This document shows positions 36,120 through 43,451 of a stretch of DNA of 43,451 bases, one piece after another. The notes below the pieces were generated by a model, which saw nothing but the letters and a program-made list of their open reading frames with translations, was not told the DNA's origin and made no database searches. The position numbers and the translations under genes were made by a program. Numbering within the stretch: the first letter of the stretch is position 1; every line of letters starts with the position of its first letter. Source of the DNA: Craspedostauros australis (lineage: Eukaryota); the NCBI GenBank assembly GCA_030167865.1, contig JALAGF010005216.1, forward strand, positions 1 to 43,451, read 5' to 3'.

Positions 36120-37425
36120 TTGGATGTTACAGTGGCCTTGTATTGCGTTGCGTTGCGTTGTGTTGGTGTGGGGTTATGAACCAACCTCGGACGCGAGGTG
36201 GATCTGTGCTTCCGATGACCGTCCCGATGCAGGATGTGATCAAAGTGTCGCAAGTTGAGCTGTGTCCGCAGTCGCAGCTCCGCTGGCACGAGCGATCTAT
36301 CCGGGGCTTGGCTTTGGGTCTTCGCTGCAATTGTGGAGCATTTATAATGCGCAATGCGGGTATGTGCTATGATATCTCTGGAGAGTCCTTGTGCGAGTCA
36401 AAGTATTATAGAATACGAAGCTGGACTGGGAAGGATGGTATGGTAGAAAGCCAGTTACAGGGAGGCAGCAGTGGAACGGATGGCGCGGATGCGGAATCAG
36501 GATGAAGCGAATGACTGCAGCAGCAAGTTGTGGCTAGTTCGTATTGGCAAAGAGAGAAGAGAGCAATTGTCCGTTGCTTCGTGAATGTGAGGATGGTGCG
36601 AGCACCAATGCGATCGTCAATCCAGTCGTTCCTGTTGTTGTTGTTGCGATAGGAGTAGAGCAAAGTATGCTGCTCCTCTTCCTGTGGGATCTGGTCAACT
36701 CCTCCGAGTGCGATCTACGGGCGCGAAGAACATCGAGAAGTCTGATTTTTCTTCTCCTTTTGCAGTCTTGGTCGCTTGTGTGTGACGATTTGTCGTGTGT
36801 CTGCGTCGCGTGATTCCGAAACAGCCGGCATCATCGTCGTCATCTTTGCCGCCGCAACGATGGTCATGGTCATGTGTTCGTGTCTGTGATGTCACCACGA
36901 AGGGCTTGTAGAGACCTCGCGGTGCCTTTTCGAGCTCGTCCGTAATTCCTTTCTCCTCGAGCCAGCCCAAGTCGTGCTTCATTCGTGATACGGGACTGGA
37001 TGAGAGCCGTTTTTTTCTTGCTTCGTCTCCACGTTTTCTCTCATCTTCTGCCAACAACTCCATCCTCCATCTTCCTCCTCCTCATCTGCGTGCACCTCGA
37101 ATAGGGGATGAGTATCGATCTTTGGGCTGACATCTTCAGCTAGCCCGTAGAGTACTGCACCCCATTTAGATTGTGGGTATGTCTTGACTCTCTTTGGGTG
37201 TTGAGGCGATAACGCTTGGCCCACCCTCCAGAGGTATGGCCTTACTCTGGAAAGTTGTGACCACTCGCATCGTGCTTCAAGAAGTGCAATGCTCATATAA
37301 TAGAATAGTTAGTGTTATATTATATATACAATATTCTGGAGAGAGTGGGTGTACAGCTCTTTCTCTCCCCAAACATGGACATCCAGGGTTCCATAATACG
37401 AATGTATCCAACTGAGATGGCGGAA

Positions 37426-39452
37426 TCAAACGATTCGGTTCGGCTCCGCATCGCCAGTCTCAGCCGGCTGTTCCATCTCTGTTGCAGTTGCGTCGACGGT
37501 GATGTATTCCAGTCGTGCCTTCCTTGTATACTTCACATACATCCAGGCACCGACAAGTGCAATGCCAACGAGCATGCCCCCAACGATAGGCTTCGCTTCC
37601 TGCTTGATATTAAACCTTGCCCACGATGATGACGATGCGCCATCTGCGGATCCATCGCATGGCCAGTACTGCTCGATGTAATCGATCCACAGGTGCGTGG
37701 TCTTCACTTCGACGTGCGTGGTATTGGATATCAGAGGTTGCAGCGGACCCAGGGTCTTGCCCGTCACGGTTTCCAAACGGCTCCGAACATCCGGAGCATT
37801 GAAATGTGGCGCGTACACGGTGTACATCTTGGAAGGATCGAATCCATTCGTAACGATCGCCCAACCTGACGACATGAAACTGCCGGAGGCGAACTTGTGT
37901 AGTCTGATGTTCAGAGCATCAAGCAACGCTTGACCTTGGATGTTGCTGCTGACGTTGTATACGGTGTCGTTGAATGGCGAAACGATGACGACATCGTCGA
38001 CGAGGACTGTGCCTTTCGAGAGGTCATACCGCAACGCGCCTGTGGTCTGCACGAAGACAAGTTCCGAACTATGGTTGGTAAGGACCGTTGGGATGATCTT
38101 ATCAATGTAAAGCCCAAACAGCGATTTTGGGTTGCTCGTTGGAACATTCAGACGGTACTCATGAGCTGCGCATCCGATCTTCCGGTTCAATCCCATGTCT
38201 TCTTGCGTCTGATGAATCTTGTCGGTCAGCGCCATGCCTCCCTTGGTTTGCAGGACGTCCACGTGAAGCACATCCGCGAGCTTTTGTTGATTGCTGTCGA
38301 GGAAAACATGCTCAAAGCGTGGCTGGGTCGCCTCCTGTTCGCCGCTTGTGTCAACACCAGCATCCGCATTTGCAGTCGATGCCGTCCTGTCCTTGATTGG
38401 AAAGCTGCAAAAACCAACGGTGTCCAGGTACTTGCCAGCTTCGAAGGACGAGGAGTATTCGTCCATCATCTGGTGCGCTCGGATGTGCGAATGTCCTGTG
38501 ATGAACTGGACCGGCATGTCCGAGCCTGCGATGGCCCGAATCGCATCAAGGATGACATTAACCAAACCATCGCTGAAGTGCATGTGGGCCATAACAAGGA
38601 TGGCATCGTAGTCCAGCTTGGAGACGACCTCGACGAACCAATCCTGTTGGACGACATCCTGAACCCTGTGTACGAGTGCGATGTCACAGCTACCAACGAA
38701 GTTGTAGAGGAAGCCGAACGATAAAATTGTGGAGTTGGAGTGCTCGCCCTTGAGGTATGTGAATCGGTTGCCCATGGGCTCGTTCGTGGCATTCATCACG
38801 GTGTTGGTGGTGAGGTAATTGCCTCCCCAGTGCGGGATGAACTCATCAACTGTCAATGTTCCAACGAAATGAGAGGCAGGCAGTGGTTATTGAGTGAGTT
38901 GGCGAGCAGGGGAGGTACAGAAGAATGGCCTGATTGGTTCATGGGAACACTCTCCGCAGACTCCAAGATTGGAACATACTCACCAACCCACCGAACTGTC
39001 TCCGTGTTGTACAGCTCATGGTTTCCCAAATTGACCACATCCCACGGCATGTGCTCCAACAAGGGCGTCAGGAACTGCGGTGGCGTCGTCGACAGCCCGG
39101 TCCCATCGACGAAGTCGCCATTCATGACGAAGAACAGATCCTTCTTCTGCTGCGCTGCGTGCTTCCGCAGACGTTCGTAGAAGGACAGCACGTCTCCGTA
39201 GTCGGCATTCATCGTGCTGCTGTGACGCGCGTGGCCCGCAATCCAGGAATGCACATCTGTGACGACCACCAGGTTCACATCACCGAACGGGAGATCCACC
39301 TGCGATGGAGCCTCCAGTCCTCGGCGCAGCACACCAAGCTGGTGCGAAACATCTTCTCCAGTCTCCGCTCTGCCACCATCCACTCTCCCAAGGCACAGCT
39401 GCGCCACTGCACCCAGCACGATCAGAGCGAGCGCTATCCGTTGCATGCTCAT
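37426..39452 (-). CDS. Calcineurin-like metallophosphoesterase / 5'-nucleotidase-like type I membrane protein; exons 39452-38984 and 38849-37426
   Basis: Metal-binding motifs TDVH, GDFVDGT, GNHE, MAH and GHSH; N-terminal signal peptide; C-terminal TM helix IVGGMLVGIALVGAWMYV; in-frame GTGAGT...GACAG intron (38850-38983). Confidence 0.85.
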
Positions 39453-39845
39453 CGTCGAAGATGCAGACGCTGGAGGTGTGTGGAGGTAGGGGATTGTGGT
39501 CAATACGAGTACACGTAGTCGTATTGGGATGTATTCTATGCAGGTAACGTGAAGGAATGGTTTGTCTGGGGCTTTTCATCTCTCTGGATTTGGATTCACA
39601 GATCATGCGTGCACAGACAGAGACAGGGCGTGTAGATTCTCTCGCACTCGTGCTACAAGAACTGGTTGATGCGTCGCCAAATCGCCTCGATGTGTTCTTT
39701 GGTTTGTGTGTTGGGACATCAGGCCTTTTGATCCTTTTCTCCACGACTCAGTGTCGTCAGCAAGATGTCTGCAAAAGCGCCACAAAACGAATTCGTGAGT
39801 GTTCCGACAACATCCGCAACACTGCTCTGTCACGTGGCGGCCTAC

Positions 39846-39888
39846 CTCTCTCTCTCTCTTGGTGTGTGGAGAGAGAGAGAGAGAGAGA
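39846..39888. repeat. (CT)7 / (GA)10 inverted microsatellite pair
   Basis: CT run 39846-39859, short GT-rich spacer, GA run 39869-39888. Confidence 0.85.
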
Positions 39889-40666
39889 ATGCTCGCTCTA
39901 TTCCCTGATCTCTCAACCGATTTCTGCCTCGATCTGGAATACACGAGTACGGTCCTCTACGAGCGTTTGCGTGTCGTCAACTATAGCTGCCTGCGAGGAT
40001 GCTTTTCGGGACCTTTGGATTGGGAGCATTTTCTAGCTTCCCAGAGAGTAGAGTGGTTTGTAGTCAATCCCGTGAGTTTCAATAGTCACAAATAGTACTT
40101 ATATAGGCCTACATTGATGTGCAAAGAAATGAGACCAGATCCATCCACCACAAACACCGCCTGCGAGAATGCCGATGTCCATCACGCCATCGCCTCATCG
40201 CCTCACCGTCGCTCATCCCTGTCAGTTTGACCTGTGAGTATTCCTACCATACCATACTTCTTCTCCCGTTCCCTCCACTTCTTGCACCCATCGTCCAGGC
40301 CACCGTTGTGCCTACGAGAGTATCTGTCCTTGAACGATACGAATATCTCCTCATCGTTCTGAACATTGTACTCCAATCTGTCGTGATCCACGATACAGCA
40401 TAGAGAATAGAGAGCAGAGTAGCCTACTCTTCAGCAACCTGAGCGATTCGGTCAGCTCGACCATGCAAAGAGACTGCTCTCAGCATCAGCAACAACATCA
40501 TCGAGACAGGAATCTACGATCACACCAGCAGCGCATCTACCAGCGCTGGGCCGATACTAGTGCGAGTACAACCCACAAGCCCGCGGCCGCTTTTCCACTC
40601 AAGCTCTGCCAGCTTCTTTGCATCCTCCTCGTACATCTGTGCTTCCTTTTTCATCCTGCATCTTCC

Positions 40667-41158
40667 ATGAAGCTGGTCATCCAGCGCGTCAAATCCGCGT
40701 CCGTCACGGTGGATGGCAGCGTCATTTCCTCCATCGGTCCCGGAGTGATGGCCTTGGTGGGGCTGCATCAGGATGACACGCAAGAGGATCTGCAGTACTG
40801 CTGCAAGAGGCTCCTGGCTGCCAAGCTATTCGCCAATGACAACGATGTAGCATGGAGGCACGGGGTGAAGCAACGCAACCTCGAACTGCTTTGCGTCAGC
40901 CAGTTCACGCTCTACGGCAAGCTCACAAAGAAGCATCAGCCGGATTACAAGGTCTCCATGAAGAGCATCCCAGCGCAGGAGATGTATGCCAACTTCATCG
41001 ACATGCTCAAAGCGGCCTACGAACCTGACAAAATCAAGGACGGCGAATTCGGGGCCAAGATGGACGTGGCCTTGGTCAATGACGGTCCAGTCACCATCGT
41101 GGTGGAGACAGAACCCAAGACGCCTGATACCAACGGCACAGACACCGCAGCGCCTTGA
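40667..41158 (+). CDS. DTD1: D-aminoacyl-tRNA deacylase (DTD1); in-frame upstream ATG at 40463
   Basis: MKLVIQRVKSASVTV, SQFTL, GEFGAKMDV and the NDGPVT (Gly-cisPro) signature. Confidence 0.95.
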   Translation: MKLVIQRVKSASVTVDGSVISSIGPGVMALVGLHQDDTQEDLQYCCKRLLAAKLFANDNDVAWRHGVKQRNLELLCVSQFTLYGKLTKKHQPDYKVSMKSIPAQEMYANFIDMLKAAYEPDKIKDGEFGAKMDVALVNDGPVTIVVETEPKTPDTNGTDTAAP

Positions 41159-41558
41159 GCGCGTACCATCAAGTACACTTGCACAGTGCTTGTTTCACGT
41201 GTATGATTGCTCACACGCACTCGTCGGACACGGCAAATTGAGAGAACCTGCTGGGGCCAGTGTGCTGCAATGGCAGCCACGTGTCGTTGTCAACATTTGC
41301 GGCTGATTTTTCATGCGCAATTAGCGCACAGATGCAGCAGCACAAACTCCAGTTGTAATGGTCTTGAACTTGCCCCTCAACGGCTAGGATCTCTGAAAGC
41401 GAAAGACGCGTACCAGTACGAGTACCAAGGGGCCTTTTTCTCATAACTTTCGCAGAAGTTGGCATTTGGTGGCTGTATGGTTTCCATTAGTAGGGTTTCA
41501 GTATCTTTACTTAGGTCACCAACTCTTTCTTCAGCCTCTCCATTCGTCGTCTGTCACA

Positions 41559-43451
41559 TCATAGCACAGAATCGACGATGCCAACAGCGATTGTGTCGCC
41601 GCCACGCCTCAGGACGAAGCGACCCAGCGCGCGGCAATGCGCGAACTGTTCCAAACAGATGGACTCCTGCAGCGTGATTTCTGCCGTGGCGGTGCATCCG
41701 CTTGGGAGTGAACGTGGCTTGCGGGGCTTCGCAGATCCATTGCCTGCGCTTGATTTGGATGCTGCTGCTGATGTTGTGGATGCGCTGGACGACATTGCAT
41801 CCACGGATATCAGTTTGGAGAAAGTGCACGGGATGTTCAAGCTGTGCATATGAAACAGCACCTGACTGCCGCTGATGATCGGTATCTTCAGCGCATCGCG
41901 GACGACGACCTTGACCTGCGCCTTCTTCGCTATCCTCGGATGGAAGGTGAGATCGGACGGCACCAACAAGCTCCCCACGGACAAACGCAGGACGTCAATG
42001 CCTGTGACGAGGAACTCGACCGTATCACCTGCCTGCGCAATGGAAAGACGATCCAAAGAGACAGAATCGCTCTGTCCCGCCCCCGATGGAGGTTGCAAAT
42101 GCTCCAGCTTCGATACGGTAACCGCGTCACCGATTGGCAGCACGTTGCACCGATCGCCGATTCGGCAGAACCCCTGCACGACACGTCCCCGCACAGCGAC
42201 ACCTTTGCCTTCGGCGGACATGTCTGTGATGATGAATCGGAATGGCTTGTCTGTTGTTGTGTGCACCATGGCAGGACACCCGTTACAGAATGTGCGACGG
42301 AGTTATCAATTGGAGGATTCCGTAGTTTCGATGTTGAAGATGAATTGCGCAAGTTGGCAAAGGTGTGAGAACGAATTCATATTCATATTCACATTGTGCA
42401 ACACATTGCATGGTGCAATACTTGTGCAATGCTTCTTGTGATTGTCCAATTTCCGTCAGTCTTCGTTCCACATGCGCAACAGAAGATGCCCGAACACAGG
42501 CGCAGGGGCAAAACAAACTCCAGATGACGTACCGAGGTGTCGATTGGCTGGCTGAAAGGTGTTGATTGCTTCCAGCAAGGTGGGGCCCGTGTACCAGGAT
42601 TGCAACTTCTCGTTGATTTCTGCTGTGGATGACACAAATTTGACGTTCTCGCCTGTCAATCCACTCAGCGGGACGAATCGAATGCGCTTTGGGCCGAACT
42701 GTTGCTGCAGCAGGTAACTCGTCACATCGTGCTTGATCTGCTCGTATCTCCCTTGATCCCACCCGATGACGTCGAGCTTGTTGATGGCGACGATGATTTG
42801 CGTGACGCCCAAACCACGTGCCAAGAGGATATGCTCCTTCGTCTGGCCGTGCTCAAATCCAGCTTCGAATTCACCCCGCGTCGCTGGAACGACCAGGATG
42901 GCGACGTCTGCCTGCGCCGCACCGGTGATCATGATGGGGATGTAGTCCGCGTGTCCCGGAGAATCCAAGATGATGATATCGTGCTTGGGAGTTGTGAATG
43001 ATTTGGTCCCGATCTGCATGGTGACGCCGTGCTCTCGCTCGCTTTCATCTTCGTCCAGCAACCACGCGAGGTTGGTCTTGCTTGCAATGCGTTTGGATAC
43101 TTGGCCGACCTGGATGAGCAGCTGCCCCATGAGCGTGGACTTGCCAGCATCCACATGCCCCAGCACAACCATCGACAGCTGGCTGGTGGTGTTCGTTCTG
43201 AGCGCTTCCGGGATAGGACGATTCCACTTGCTCGATGCGTTGGTAGATTTCGATGTGGACGTGGGTGTGGTTGCAGATGCAGGTTTCGACTTTGTGGGTG
43301 TTGCCGGCGCCGAGGACGGCTTGGATTTGGATTGGCCGGGCTTGCCCCAACCTGCCGGAGGCTTCATGACCCCGCTCGCAACAGCAGGAGCAGCTTTCGT
43401 TTGGGACCGGTTTGATGGATTGGATTGGGCCTTGCCAGGTTTGCCCCAACC
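41559..43451 (-). CDS. HBS1: HBS1-like translational GTPase (eRF3/eEF1A family), 5'-truncated by the window end; exons >43451-42533 and 42250-41559
   Basis: GHVDAGKSTLMG, AWLLDE...EREHGVT, DSPGH, NKLD, PLSGLTGEN and C-terminal LGRFVLRRGGDTIAVGIV; in-frame GTACGT...AACAG intron (42251-42532); low-complexity N-terminal extension. Confidence 0.85.

Overview
Eukaryotic nuclear DNA, most consistent with a diatom or related stramenopile: GT-AG introns of about 130-380 nt, bipartite plastid presequences and diatom-type gene families. The window has two assembly gaps (228-277, 4005-4108). The left 4.5 kb is a decayed transposon zone. It holds two copies of a Tc1/mariner-type transposase fragment, a full-length but disrupted N-acetylglutamate synthase (argA) pseudogene, and a TA-flanked element whose inverted ends are built from a palindromic 16-18 bp unit. 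The rest carries 12 intact-looking genes: a SnoaL/DUF2358-like protein, a tandem two-domain GET3/ArsA ATPase, two paralogous helical proteins of unknown function, a membrane-anchored aminopropyltransferase fusion with degenerate AdoMetDC-like and SET-like modules, eIF2B-beta, a TMEM163-like transporter, TsaE, a 1087-aa alanine racemase, a 5'-nucleotidase-like phosphoesterase, D-aminoacyl-tRNA deacylase and a 5'-truncated HBS1. The two best leads are (i) an alr-tsaE pair in bacterial operon order close to a DTD gene, with the racemase carrying specificity-site substitutions, and (ii) the polyamine fusion protein with apparently inactivated accessory domains. All family calls are motif recognition by eye; no database searches were run.
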